This document shows, piece after piece, positions 1-15,000 of a stretch of DNA of 64,000 nt. The DNA is taken from contig JAYWIR010000023.1 of the NCBI GenBank assembly GCA_036172245.1, positions 2,976,001 through 3,040,000 of the forward strand. Direction: 5' to 3'. Within the stretch, counting starts at the first letter, position 1. Each line of letters begins with the position of its first letter. The notes under the pieces were generated by a model. The model was not told the DNA's origin and made no database searches. It worked only from the letters and a program-made list of their open reading frames with translations. Position numbers and translations under genes: made by a program. The DNA comes from Raillietiella orientalis (Eukaryota).

Positions 1-1947
1 CGTGTATTCTTGTAAAGCAGCTGTGCTTTCTTGGTGTTTATTGATACAAACTTCAAAAGTCAAGATTTTATTATATCGGATTTGTATTGTACATGTATAA
101 TTGAGTGTGTTAATTATATAATTGTTTGAGTTTGATAATGTCTCAGTGTGCTTTCATGTGTTTTGACTAAAAAATAAAACAAAGGAAAAAAAATCCCACG
201 TAAAATGTTTTGGGTTGTTTCCTGTGCAAGTTTTTTTTATTCTGAGCGTTTTCAACATAGCCGCCAGAAATCTGTGAACACATTTGCTCGGCGCGAAAAC
301 AAGCCAGGGTTTCACCGAAAGAAATAAAGGAAATCTTCCATTGCGGAAAACAGAAGATAATAGACGAAATCTATTCTTATAAAATGAAATAGAGTGAAAT
401 CATATCTCCTGTGAATGTTGGCACTGATTTCTAGGCGGAAATATGTGGTTGAAAATATCTGGTTGCAATCAGGTTACCTTTTTTTTTTTTTCCTTATCGT
501 GTCATCTGGGAAAATATCGAACTCTGATTAATGCCATTACTTGTAGGGGAAAAAATACGATTGTGGCAATTAAGGGGATTTAATTTCCTGGAAAGACCTG
601 CTGGGATACATTATCTGTTTGGAAATGTGGGTGATAACTGTCGGGATTCAAAAGATCTCGGTGAACGGTAGTGTGGCAGCGAAGAGTGTTGGGATGAATT
701 ACTGAGTTTCAGGGAACTCCTCGAAAATGTCAGGAATAGAAGTGTCCGTTTTTAAATACATGTTCAGGTCTTGCATTTTGAGTGTTCATCTAATTATTTG
801 TATCTTAAGGCCGATTCGGTGATTGTCATGAAAACAAGTAACGGGATATCTCAGCCCAGTGAAAAGTTTCATTTTCATAAAATCGACATCATGGATGGGG
901 GGGGGGACTGAAATGGGACATCAAATGTCCCACTGCGTACACTGTTTCACGTGTTTATGTGTTTGTATTTTGCTTTTGTTGTCCTTACGTGAAATGGATC
1001 AGAAAGCAAAGCAAAAAATAAATATCTTGATTGCAATATCCATTTTCAAAACTGATTGTGCTTACAATGCTAATAACTACTTTAGTTTTTAAGTGAAAGA
1101 AAAAAACAATCACATTTTGTGATTTCTGAAATGCATTCAGATCTTAATTGTGAATAATAGTGATTGTGAATTGGGTTTCCAGCTTTTAAACTTTAAAGAA
1201 ATATTCCTAACTGGATCTGTTTTTTCTTATCTGCATTGGGTTATCTTCAGCGTATTCCTGTAGGGAGACTGTTTTAATTCTTGTCCTGGATTACCACCGT
1301 AACCAATTTTTGTAGCTTCCATTGCTTCCGTGTGAGTTGTTATTTTTCCTCCTCTTTTGCACTGGATTCAAGCCACTTGCAAAAACAAGCTGTGAAGCGT
1401 GCCTTGGAGATTTTTGTTACAGAAGTGGCAGCTGAGCGGACTATGTGAATTCTGTTGGAACCCATTCTCTGCCTTCCGATTTTTGGTTCCCCTTTTGATA
1501 GGTGCATGCAATTTGGGAACATCATATGCATAACTTGAGGAAGAGCCAGGGTACCTGAGTATGAATCTGAAGTATTAGAAGTATCCAGCTTGCCATACGG
1601 CGTTTTGTAATTATGGATTGATATCATGATTATGAAATTCTTTTTCTGTACTTCAATTGTGGACCCAGAAGAGATCTAATACAAAAGTAACGATCGTGAA
1701 AGACCTAACGTGAATGAAAAGAAAGAGTGTTTTTTACACTCCAGAGTGGATGCACTCAGTTTTGTGTAGGAAAATCCCAATTAATAATACTCCTGGTGGT
1801 AATGTCCATTTTGCAAATACAAACTTTCAACTTTTTCATGCAACTTACGTTTGCATTTATCGCCTGTGTGGATTGTCGGATTATGTAGTTGCTCTGTTAT
1901 AGATTCTCTAAAAAACTGTCTTATTTTGATTTCGTGATTTTGATGAT

Positions 1948-1950
<3 letters not shown>

Positions 1951-1976
<26 letters not shown>
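1951..1976. repeat. (AT)n microsatellite
   Basis: Uninterrupted AT dinucleotide run. Confidence 0.9.
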
Positions 1977-1978
<2 letters not shown>

Positions 1979-3024
1979 CTTCCTTCCTTTTTCTACTTCT
2001 CATTTCGTTATGTACCCATTCGTGATAGTTTGGACTACTTTTATTGTTCTCCTGTGAAAGTGATTACTGGCAATTTTAATAGTCATTTTCGATCGTGTGC
2101 GTGGTCATCCATGAGACAGCAAAGTACTGAAAAGAGAAGATGTATGCTAATGGCAGGTAATTTGGTTTTTTAGAAAGTCTACGAATCGCCATTCCATCAG
2201 TTAAATGCACAGTAGGACTGCATCGATTCCTGCATGGAAAATTAGATGATTTTTCAGGTGCCTTCGCCTAACGCTGAGAGTAAATCACTTTTCGCGAAAT
2301 AGATGAATGACGAGAAAGATGCGATTTTTAATAACGTAGAGAAAAAAAATTCAGAATTGCAGATTTGGTGCTCAGATGTAGTTTACACTTAATCTCAAAA
2401 TGAAATAAGTAGAGAGAAACTTGTTTGTGGTGGCTTTGCATAAGCAGAAGATATGCTTTCTTTTTGTCTTTTGTGACATGTTCTTGCCATGTTCAACAGC
2501 AACGTGTCTTCAGTTTTGAGGATTTCTTTGATCAAGAACTTATTCCTGAGTGACATTTTCCGTCTTTCAAGCGTGATGATCTCCCATTCTAAGCGTATGT
2601 GATCACGTTTATACAAAGTCATGATACTGGAAAATTTATACTGAAAACATTGCTTACAAATGCTTGCTTGGGGTTTTCCTTTTCGGAATAGAATTTCGCA
2701 TTTTTTACACATCCAGGTGGTGTCCTCATGTAGCTTCTTGCCAGCTTAAAATGTCAAAGAAGTCTTACACTTTGTAATAATAATAATAAAAGCAAGTAAC
2801 ATCCTCATATTTTCATGTTTTTAGATTGTGGCTCATTGCACAATGCACGGTTCTCAAATTTTTAGTTTTCTTAGAGATCGAAAAACCGTGGGTTTTCAAA
2901 CTTCTCATGAGTGTTTTTTTTTTTTTAATACTTTCTTTCATACTGCTTTGCATTTTTCGTTAGCATGTCTTCACTTATTTTCTACCCCACGTGAATACGG
3001 CTCAAGTTTACTCGTTTTCTGGAC

Positions 3025-6000
3025 ATGCCAAGCAAGCTGATGATACGAGGGATCGAAGTGCCGTTTCCACACAAACCCTACCCGTCTCAAATAGCAATGA
3101 TGGACAAGGTGAGACGTTCATTCATTCATTGCATCATTCATCCGAAATGTAGCCCTTATGCAGTTGTGATGCTGAGGTAATACAGGAATCACCTTGGTCT
3201 ATATGCTTTCAGAATCACTTTATGTTATAAGAGTCCTGTTTTGTTTTTGTTTTTGTTGTTTTTTAACGCTCAGGTACTACACAGATAGTTTTTAGTGATA
3301 TGATGGTATCATTTCATGTTTCTTCCTCACTTTCCGTGTTCCATACTATATTATTGATTAGTTTTTGTTTTCAAAGTATTTTTTTTCTCCCCTTTTCTAC
3401 TGAAATTCATTAATTTTATTATTACTGTTTCCCATCGTACTTATGTGCTGATATAATCAATGCTGTTTCGACTTCGAAAAGTATTCTAGAATGTTCTTCC
3501 TCCTTGTGCATCAAATAACTTTGTTCTAAATGATTCTTGAGTTCTTTCCTCATTTACTTATTTAAGTGCAGCTCTGTCCTTTATATGAATCACTCAGAAA
3601 GACATGCTGCCACTGTTCGTTGCTTTGAGAGACTGCCCAAAATATTGTATGCATTTCAAAGGGATTTCCTGATAGCGAGATGTAACTTTTGTGTGCTTAT
3701 TTTCGTCCTGTATCCGTATGCGTATTTGAATTGTGCAGCATCACTTTGAATAGCCAGCAGCCAAACTTATGTATTTAATCAATTTTTCCCCAGATAATAG
3801 TAGGTCTCCAAAGAGGACAAAATTGCCTCCTAGAAAGCCCTACTGGTTCGGGAAAATCTTTAGCTTTATTATGTGCTGCGCTTTCTTGGCAACAAAACGA
3901 ATCTGGTAGGAAATATCATCATTAGCATATAAGTGTTATTCAATTCTTTGTGCATTTCCAATGTAAACGAATCTTGCTTTTTGTTTGTTATTTTGAGGTT
4001 CCTAGAAGTTTCAGGAACTCTGAAACTTAGAGCCTTATCGGTTGGTATCATCAGACACACCGATCCGATCCGGGATGATGCGTTTCTCTTCCGAAATGTA
4101 TCATTTAAGATATCTGTCTTTATTTGTTTGGAAATTCTCATCTTTCACGCGAACAAGGTGCACACCAAGTCTACTTAATACTATCAGCGGGTGTTTACAC
4201 CTCTTATTAAATGAATTTATTACACACAAATTCAGTCACATGCTTCTACCGGAGTATGAATGAATTTTCCGCGTGCTAATTATTTATGGTGGCAATGTAC
4301 TCTTTCAACTTTTTAATTTCGTTTTGTGTTCCTTTACTGCAACGCTCGATATGAGGCAGCAGCATTGGTGAATCTGAAGATCCGGTTGGTTACTTTTTAG
4401 AAGCATCAATTAAGTATGTTAGCTAGGATTCTTGCTTACCCTAGATGAGTATTTAAAGTTTAAAGTGTTGAAGTGCACTTAAATTTAAAAGCTTTTAAAG
4501 AATGACAGTTGTAAATTTCAACGCCAGCAATTTTTTTTTTATTGAGAAGGAGCAAATTGTATCAAAAGTGGTTCATCTTTTACGGAATGGGTTGCTTTCT
4601 GTGGTTTGTTCATCGACTGATTTCTCATTGAACGTTTTGTCTGAAAATGGTCCTCAGCATACCTCGTGAAAAACGCACTCAAATTTCAGTCTCAAATAGA
4701 GAACTCGCGTCATCAATGACGGCTTAATAAAGAGAAACACGGCACATGGAAAGGTGATTAAAAAAAAAAAAATAAAGATCCAGAAAATTCTGAACGTCTG
4801 TTTTCCCTTTCAGAACAATTTATGGAAATTTAGTGTATGCTATGAATATTAAGTTTGAAAGTTGGGTGTGGAATTGGTAACTGAATTGCTAATGCTGAAA
4901 GCACCAAATCGGAATTTTTGATAAATTTGAGAAAGCATATATGTATATTTTTCTTCGTGCATAAATACATAGATATGTATATATATATACAGTGGACTCC
5001 CACATAACGCTCTCTCCTAAAACGCGAATTCGTATAACGGGACGAAAAAATCGCGACTAGTACTCGCACAACGCGATCAGCAGTCCCGTATAACGCGTAA
5101 GATAAATTTCAACATTTTGACATACTTTTCGACTTTTTGTTTAAAAGCGCAATATGTATACACTCATCTGTGGTTTACATATACACAGGGAAAACAATAG
5201 TCATAAAAGATGTAAAGGTTCATCAAAAAAAGTAAAATCCACATCTAAGGATACGGGGGGAAATATTTTTACTCAATTTTTAATTAAAGCAAAAGTAAAA
5301 ACACTTTGCCATTTGACATTTATTCACTTTATTTATTCACGACATTTATTTATTCACATTTCACATTTATTCACTTTGACATTCATTCGGAAGTGTCCAC
5401 AAATGAGTTCCAACGACGTGGTCTTTTTCTTTCATTGGCTGTACGGATTCATCGCTTGGAGAGTCCACAGTTTCGTCTTTAGTGTATCGTTATTTAAAAG
5501 AAATTCTTTTCCCAGATCATTTTCGGCTTACAAATATGGGGATAGGCAATCATTCAATTTTCTTGTAAATTCCATATAGCGCTCTATTGACGCATCCATT
5601 TTCATAAAATGTGCTTCTAGCGTTTTGGCTATTTCTATAACCCGTTCTTTAAAAGCCTCCAAACTCAAGTGTTGCTCTGGTTCATTAAAAATCTGGAATG
5701 AGCTTTCCTCACCTTTACTGGAATCAGAACCATGTGGTAATTCTACTGATTCGCTTTCATCAATATCTTGGTTGTCATCAGTTAATTCAATGATACCCGT
5801 GCTCCAAATTCGTGTTTGTGTAATCCATTAGAAGAAAAGGACTCTGAATCTTTGAAATGTTGGTAAACCATCATTGCCTTCTGTTTTATGACGGTACACT
5901 TCTCGAGTAACAATCCTTAATCCGTACCATCAAACACTCTTCTACCTTGGGTATCAACACGTCTTTTATACGAGCTCAATAAAGATGTAGTGGACATTAG

Positions 6001-9000
6001 ATATCTCGTAGTTTGCTTTCATTTTGCCGTGTTGTACGAAGTGCTGACTCCCTCGTATGTTCCAATGCTTTAGCAATGGTTGCCACTGTCGCTGCAGGTT
6101 TCAACTCTTCCAAAATTCTAATTTTTTTCTTCCGTTTTCCCCTCAGCTACTCAGGTACTTTTTTTCTTTTCATTTCAGTACACATGGCTAAAACAGCAAA
6201 GACTTTTTATCATTTATAATAATGGTACATAATACTTTTTTGTAATTAACTTACCTGTCTTTCCTTTGTTTAAAGAAACTTTATTTAAAACAAGTTGATG
6301 AACAGTCTGTACGCAATGCAACCGTATTTGAAACGGATCCACATCTCATTAGCAATATGCGATCCGTACTGGAACTTGCTCTGAGATTAAACTTGCATAA
6401 ATTCATCTGAAAATGCGTGTCTCGTATAACGCGGTTTCCTATAACGTGGAGCGTATCCCCCGCGTTATACGGGAGTCCACTGTATTTAATGATTCATGTT
6501 TCATCTCAGACAGAGATGTTTTGCTGTATCCCTGTATTCCCGGTCGGCCGTCAACAAATGAAGATTTCTGCCTAAATTAAGAATTTCGTGTGTCAGTTTC
6601 AGAGTTTTTTCGTCAGCCATTTGAATCTGCGAAACAAATTACTAACGTTTAAAGAACGTAGTTTTAAAAATCCTTGGAATGTTTCGTTTCAAATCAGTTA
6701 GAGAATCAAACTTCACTTTTCGTATTAGGAGCCGCTTGAGAATGCTAGTTGGCTGAAATTCTAATTGATTCAAGTAGCATAAATAAAAAATAATAATAAT
6801 GTGAGTGTATGTGAGTGCTTAAATATCTTTGAAATTATCAGTGTAAATAGTCAAAGGGATTTCTTTTCGGTAGAGGTCATTGAAAATGTAGTTGAATCAA
6901 CTAAGGTAATCTTAGTAAACTTACCCAAATACGAATGCACTTCAATGATACAAGCATTAAGCGAAGTGGATTTGTACCATGACAGGATGTATATTCTTAT
7001 GGAGTTCTAATTGCAAAAAGAATTCTTAAGAGAAAACGATTAATCCACAGACACCGTGTTGGTCTGAGATCCCAGATTCATAATGCAAGCAAGAAGAAAA
7101 GTTCCGAAAATTATATGCAACATTTGCGTCCTAATGAAATTGATTGATCGGTTGAGACTGATTGTCACGGAACCTTTGTTTCATTAATGATTTCGTACAG
7201 TAATCGGAAAGTCTGAATGACAATAATCATTTTTCTTGACGTTTTATAAAATTGAGTTGATAACCCATAATTTTTTGCATTTCTTGATTGTGTCCGTTCA
7301 TGATGATATGTACATACTTGTTTTCGTTAGTCCGCATCCAGGCTCTCAACAACGCTATTGAACTGGGATTGGACCCACTGGAAGCAGAAATGGGTCTTCC
7401 ACCAGGTAACGTACTTAGCTTGCTATTTTTCATTTCCCTTCGTTGTCTTTGTAAAGTGCATTGAGTTTTCTGGAACTACGTAGGCATCCTCTTCACCGTG
7501 AACTTTATCCCTGAGGTTTAGGGTTCCAGTCCACCCGGCAATTCTTTCACTCGCCCAGTAAGCCCTACCATTTGTTTTTTTATAGTTAATCTTCCGTTTC
7601 ATTGCTAGTCATTTCTCATCACTATCACACTGATTGAAGAGTAAGCTTCGTGGCATATTTCTATTTTTCTCGTTATTGGAGTGCATATTTTCATGTTGTA
7701 TGCGTCCTTGGGGTGCGTTTTTGATCTTTTCCCCTTTTGTCTTAAATAATACTCCGATTTGGGGTTCACCTGGATATCTCATTGTGCAGGTTACACAATC
7801 AAACATAGGTTGAGCTAAAAAGCAATCTTTTTATTTTTCTGAAAGTGATCGTGACTATTCAATAGAATTACATGCTCATAGATTGACAGAAAACTTGTGT
7901 ACATCGGTTCAAGAAACTGAAAATGACAAGAGCTAAGCTCACGTCATTCATGTCTTTGAGGAAAAATCGTATAACCATGTTCTCTAGACAAAGTAATCCA
8001 TAATTCCTGTCGAATGTTTTATTTATTTTCTGGATTGACTGCTTTGTTCATTACATAGACAGGGACTTTTCAGATGTTCCTGATTCCAAAGTCACACCAT
8101 GAAATTCCCCCAAGTTGCTTCCCAGAAATGAACTGCCTGTGGTCTGGTTTTTGATTTGCTCATTTCATGGATTTTCTAGCAGTGGCTCTCCGGCTTTTTG
8201 CATAATCAAAGGAATTATGATGATTGTGATCTTGCAGGGCTCGAAAAAGAGTTTTTTTTTTTTTTTTTCTGACTTAGCGCATTCACTGTAACGATCGCAA
8301 GGGCATTAATCTGCCACAGACATCTACACATTCTTATGTGTTCTGATCGTATTTCGTTTAACATATTAAAGAGTGCATAAGCTGGTATAAGGTACATCGA
8401 TGGCTTGCAGGAACTCAGGAAGTTTATGCTCACTAGAGGTTTTTTTTAAGGGAGGACATGGTTTGTTCCTTGTGCTGGTTGTGTATGTGTGTGGGCTGGT
8501 GGGTTTTTCATAGTAATGTCCGATCCGAAGTCATCGGTTAGGCAAGTAAATTATCAGCTTTCGGTTTTTTCGTCTTCATTATCAAAGGTTCAGCAGAAGC
8601 ATTTAGTTATGTAAACCTGTACTAGTTACCTAAGCATCCTTAAAGCCGTGTGTGAGTGACAATACCGTTCATTCACGAAAGATGAATTCTGGATATCTTG
8701 CATTAAATAAATTGTACTTCATACAGTCGACTCATTGAAATGCACACAAAAAAATGATGGGTTGTTCCATAATTCGGTAAAATCACTTCCCGAGTGTATG
8801 GTAGTGTCTTATGCTCATTGGGTTTGGAATAGATCTTCTATGTGTGTATTCCGCCTGAAGTATAGATATTAATTTATGATTTGATTGGGTGCAGGATCTG
8901 AAAAGTATCTCTCAATTCACATCTTGCGCATTCTTTTTTAATTGAGCACATATGTTGTTGCTTGTCTTCCGTGGGACTGTGATTTTCTTAAGCCGTAAGA

Positions 9001-12000
9001 TTAGGGCATTTTTTTTCTTTAAAAAAATCTCCTTTTATGTGTGACAGCAGCAAAAGCTACACAGCTGAACATACATGAATTTTTTTTTTTTTCATTTTCA
9101 CCAACAGCTTTCCTTTACATGTTTTGTTCCAAAGGTTGTTTTCGAAATTTAACTTTGTTCAGAAGTTTTGCTTGCAAATAATTCTCGTTGAAGAGATTGA
9201 TGAGGACTGATGAGGCTTACGCCAGTTTCCGTAGTGATGTAACTAATATAGGCGTGTATCCATCCTATTGATGGTTCTTTTCAGAGAGTTTCAGTCATAA
9301 CCATAGCTCATGAAAATAAAAAATATAAACCTTTGTCAGATAAAACCATTTGTTTCTAAAGTTGTTGTGAACACTTGTTGATGTCTGTTGTAACATCTTG
9401 GTATGGTTTTTTGTTTCAAGAACACTTGTGATGCTCTTACAGTCTTCACACTATGAACTAGACCATACACAACCTATGAACTAGAACATAGATGTACCTC
9501 GTTTTGCCGTTCCTGAATATGCAATGTAGTCATTTGTTTGTATAACAGGTGCCAGAGTTGCATTAGCATTCCGAATATCCCTTCAATTTCCAGAATTTTT
9601 GATACAATTTAACTTAAATTCTAATCGAATTGGTTCCTATGCATTTTGCATGTGGTAAATTCATTGGATTGACTTCCGCAACTTTGCATCGTAGCTGCTG
9701 GTGGTGTTCCGGTGGCCCATGCCATCCTTTGCATTCTATCTGTATTTGATCTTCAGAGGATTCGTTACGTCTGTGAACCTAAAGCACTCAGTTTCTTATT
9801 TCATGTTGTTCAGTGGTGGTGAATCTCTATGATGAAAGTTTAATCAGTTGTTGTGGATCTGATTTCAGGTGATCTTCCTACGAGCACGAGCACAGCCGAA
9901 GGTGATATCGTGAACCTCCCTTTGGATATGTCTACTGCAGGTGGATTTTTCTTAGAAGGTGAGTGAATCCGAATTATCAAATGTGATTTAAAGTATTCAG
10001 TTTTCAACTGTTTCTCCTTTCAAGAAACGTCGTACAATTGCTGTTTCACCTCGAGTTTTGATTAAATGTTACGAAGTGTCATCTCTTTTATACCCATTTG
10101 TATACGGAACCGGTCGTGTATAAATCAAAAACCATAGATCGCACTGATTGTTTTCTCATTGACTTTTCAGTAGAGTTTTTTTTTTTTTTTTTAACGTGCC
10201 CACCAATCCTTACGGTATTGTAGAATATCAGTGTATTTCTTGTTATGCTATGCATGCATGATATCATAAATGGAAACATACCAGAATTGTCCTTCTCAAT
10301 ATATATTTATTCGTATTATATCAAATGTTGATTTTCTTTTCCACAGACAGCGTTGATAAGAATTTATGAAAAAAATAAGAGAAGCGTGTTTCAAGAGCGT
10401 TCTGTTCTGTTATTATTTTTGTGATTTGAATTGTACAATATTTGTATTGAATTATGCTTTTCTCTTTTTGTACACATTTTTGGGGAAAGTGGACCTTTAA
10501 TCGTATCGGTTCCCACGGAAACAAGTGCGGGGCTGCTGGCACTTGGGAAAAGTATTTGTCGTGTATGAACAATTATATATTATTCGTTATTATTGATATT
10601 CATGTATTTTTGCTTTTCATTTTGTCCGGCGAGTCAACAACCATATACACAACAAACGAAATTTCCTTTCCATCTTGAAGATCCACAGCTTCCTTTGTGT
10701 GCTCTACCTTTAAGCTGTTAGAGCTTCACCTACGGTCTTTTGGATCTTCATCAATAAAATTCGAGTGCAGAAATGCAAGCGCTTGAACTTCTTTCTCACC
10801 CCAATGGCCTTCCAAAGCCTCAGCGACTCCTTCGGTTGTTGAAAATGACTCTTGACTCGAAAAGTATTCTGATAAAACGCTGTTGCTTTCAAAGGCTGCC
10901 AATTATTATGTGCATAGGAGTTCTACGCTTTGCTTCTTCTCCCTTATATGTGTTGTACTGCGGTTTTCGCTTTTATTTAATAACTGCTTCCACGGATTAA
11001 CCTGTTTCTATAACAGGAAACATCGTTCAAAATAGACAAAAGCAAGCTATAACTTGAAATGCTCTGTGAAACTGAAACATGAAAATCTTTTTATCATTTC
11101 TTGAAAATTAGAAAAGTAGTATTTTTTTTCAAAGAAGTTCCGAATGAATGAGTTTTGATCTGTCACATCTCAAAGTGAAATTGGATGAGGAATTGCAAAA
11201 TTTCACAGTTTGTAATGTTTGAGAGAAAATAAATGTGTTCCTGTGCTATTGCAAATAAAGACATTCGTAGACACACATCTGTGAACAAATAGATGCAATG
11301 AAGGTTTCCTAAATTTATCGCTCCTTAGAGTGTGGAATTTCCTCTCATACGGTATACCGAAATATCATTCTGTGATTCCGGTGCGATTTCCCCTCGATTG
11401 ATTCTTTTTAGTGTCCGAAGATTTTTCAGGGTCAGGTCGAATGCAGCGCTTTACACCATGTAATAGTCGATGTCTCCGTGGACTTCGGAAAGTTTTGCGT
11501 GGGGTCCACATGAAATTTCCGAAAGTATGTCTGCTCAACAGTTCATTTCCCCCTTTTTTATTTTTGCCTTCGCGATTCCAAATAATTCGTGGATGTTTCA
11601 TTTCTCTCATGAAGCAATTCGAAATGGTCACACCGACGTCATGCCCCGAAGAACCTCATGGTAGATCGTGTTTGCTCTGCCTCTTATCTTTTTTCTTTCC
11701 TTAGATCTTTAAAGTCATAGGCTATTTTTTAAACAAATATTTATTTCGTTAAGATTCTGGAAATAAGGTATACATTTGCCTTGCTTTTTTTTTTAATCTA
11801 TGGAGAATAGCACCATCTTCGAGAAATCTCGATTCGTGAGTTCTGAAACCAAAGCTTGATCGTAAGCTGCTCATCGAATATTGAATTACAATTATTTGAA
11901 ATGCTTAAAAGGAAGTGAGGCTGAACTTTTGAGATCTTGAGAAGTTGCCGCCTGGTAGAATTCTTATTAACATTTTAAAGTCACCTAATGAATAAATAAT

Positions 12001-15000
12001 ATTCCTATAACTTTATCTTTAACTCCCTTCAGATTCGAGAGTAAGAATCAGAGCAAGAAAGAGATGAAACGCCTTTCATATTCCTTAGAGTATTCCTGTA
12101 TAGCACAAACCATAGTGAAGTGCAGTGATGTAAAAAAATTGGAAAACGCAGGACTCAGTACCGGGAGGGGGGGGGGAGTAATTCGAACATGATTAAAGTT
12201 TTGAAATGATTACATTTGCATTACGATAAATCGATCGTATCCAGCTGCGGGATATAAATATGGAATCAAATGTTTGGGCGTTGATGTATCTTTTAAATAA
12301 GACGGCATGAGGATATCTGCTGAAGTATTGCACCAAAGTTAGAACGTCATGAAATTAATCAATAATTATTTAAAAACAATCATTGAATTGTGAGTCGTAA
12401 GATGTGGTGTATTATCTGCTGACAAAACCGAGACTCCCTCAGAAGTGGTAGTGTGCAGGTTTTCTTCTGGATAGTACCAAACGTATGGAGTTACGATGGG
12501 TGCGAAACGAATCTTTAACATTGATGTGCAAGAACATGGATGAACACGTTGCTATCTCTAACACTACTTTCTTGGGATGTTTCTGAGGCTGTGTATGTAT
12601 ATTAAGGAAACTCGAAACGAGAAATAATAGGACCTCTTATTATAAATTCTTTAGTAAGCTATTGAAATCAAATAGCCAACCCAAATTGGTTGTTCTCTTA
12701 TGCTTTCTGCAGCCTGTGCAAAGCAAAGTGCAAAAAGCCGCCAGTGTTTTGGGACACAACGCCTGGCAACAGCATCACATTATTTAACGACAAACCATTC
12801 CTGTAGCTTAGAGTTGGCAGTTGGAAAAGTCAAATTCATAGACAATTACAAGGGACATTTTTTTTTTTTTTTTTTTTACAAAGGAACTCCTTCCTTATTC
12901 TTCCATTACTGCAGCTTCCTTTGCATTCCGTTGGTCTTAGCCGAATGTTAAATCTTCGTTTGTTTCATTTGCTGTGCATTCCAACAGTCCTGGGAATCGA
13001 AAATCATGGATACTAAAAGTTCTTTTTTTTTTTTCTTTCAGATGACGCAAACTTCCAACCTAAGAAATCATCGTATATTAATTATGGAACTTGCCAGGTG
13101 ACTTTGGCCTGTGTTCCCCTTTCTGACGAATCTACCATTCCATTTTCAGGAAAATGCAGAATCCAAAGTACCATCTCCTATGAATGCTCCGGATACATAT
13201 GGTGTCGTGACGTCGAATAGAATGAACAGGTAAGTAGTTGAGGCCCCGTGTAGCACTCTGAACAGTATTTTGGAAATGTCATCATATATTGTTTCCTGCT
13301 TCTGCTTTCTTGCAGATTGCCGAAGATCTTCTATGGAACTCGTACCCACAAGCAAGTCGAGCAGATCATCCGGGAACTGAGCTATACTGCTTACAGTCAA
13401 GTCCGGTAATGGCAAAAATTTCAACCTCCGAGAAGTGCTCGATAGATCCCAATGATTAGAGTGATGCAATGTATGTCTCTGGTACCTGATAAGTAAAGAT
13501 GCACGGGAAACAGTGACGGGATCTATCGTTCCTTCTCAAACTGAAAACGTGCCACTTGTGCAAGTACTTTTCAATCAGTGTCTTCGATCCAAGGGGTCGA
13601 AAACTCGCAATTAGAATCTGCGTATTTTTGATCTACTCCTTTGAAGTTATAAGGAAAAACAGGATGTCTTGTTTAGGCTTGGCTTTCTCTTTCCATTCAT
13701 TACATTTAAATATCCATGCCACCTTGTTTGCACACCGGCCGGCGGCATTGATGTCACAAACTGATTATCCGTAGCCATTTCCAGTTGTAGTGGAAAGGCG
13801 TTTTGTGCATTGAATCCGACTGTTTGTTTACTTATTAAAAAAAATTAATATTTGCAATCCCTCCATAATTGTTTATTGAGTATTCTTGTTAGTTCAGTAG
13901 CTTCATGTTGCATATTTTTTATGTAAAAGTATGCACTCACCTGCACTGTCCCCCTTAAGTCCAGCACCCTTGTATTTTTTAATTATTTTCGACTGCATCC
14001 TTAATTGCATTACGAACTCTTAGAGAAGATTGGGCTGTAATTACACTATTTGTGGTGAGAAGTTATCTTAATTTGTTGTATATCTGTATGCTCATACTAG
14101 CGTGAATGTCGGGATTATTCCTCTCCGGCGTTATTCTGCAGTAAAGTGTTAGTAGAGATTGAACGGACAGGTAGTGTTCCCGTATTCATTCAAAACACTT
14201 TCATAGAGGCTTAAGTTTGTCTTTCCTAACCCCAACAGGAACTTAACGTCGGGTTGTCGATTCGTTCATGTCTTTTCGTTTTTCATGCCTTCTCTTTTCC
14301 TTCTTTTTTTTTTTATTTTATTTATACTTTCCAAATTATCGACCTAAACGAACAAAATGCGATTTTATGGAAACTTCATAAATCCGTGTGGCACTCCTTT
14401 CTTCTTGTCCGATTATGTCCGTGTGATTTGACTCGTTATTGCCATCGGGCACTACGCTTTTTTTTTTCCCCCTCAGTCCGGATCGTGAAAGTATTTCGAC
14501 GGCGTTCGTTTCAAAGCCGATTTATTTTGCGATCATGGCAGCAGGAAAAAGATTTGTGAAGAAGTATTGGCGAGCATCCGTAACACTGGCATTTCCTCAC
14601 CTCGGATCAGGTCGTGCATTTTGGCAAGCAGAGAACGCTGCTGCGTCCATCCGAAGATATCCGGACGACCCAACACCTCCGAGCTTTGTGCCGAGCTTTT
14701 GGATCAGATGAACTTGGAGGAAGGAAGGCAAAGCCACAGTGAAAAAGAGGTGACTCCTCAGTGTGATGAGTTTTTTTTTTTTTTCTCTCGTTGCGATTTT
14801 CCTTAACGTATTTTTTTGTCTTTTTTTTGTTTTCAGCAGACGTGCGCCTACTACTTCAGAGTAAAAAAGATAAACACACATGCACAGTTAAGGGCTGCTA
14901 ACATACCGGTTCCTTGGAGCCTCAATGATCTCATCGAGTTGGGTCACAGGAAAAAGGCCTGCCCGTATTACGCACAGAAAGATTTGATCGAGGAAGCCGA

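Noticed and set aside
1..3000. Short ORFs upstream of FANCJ
   Set aside because: Low-complexity or unrecognisable translations; no supportable gene model.
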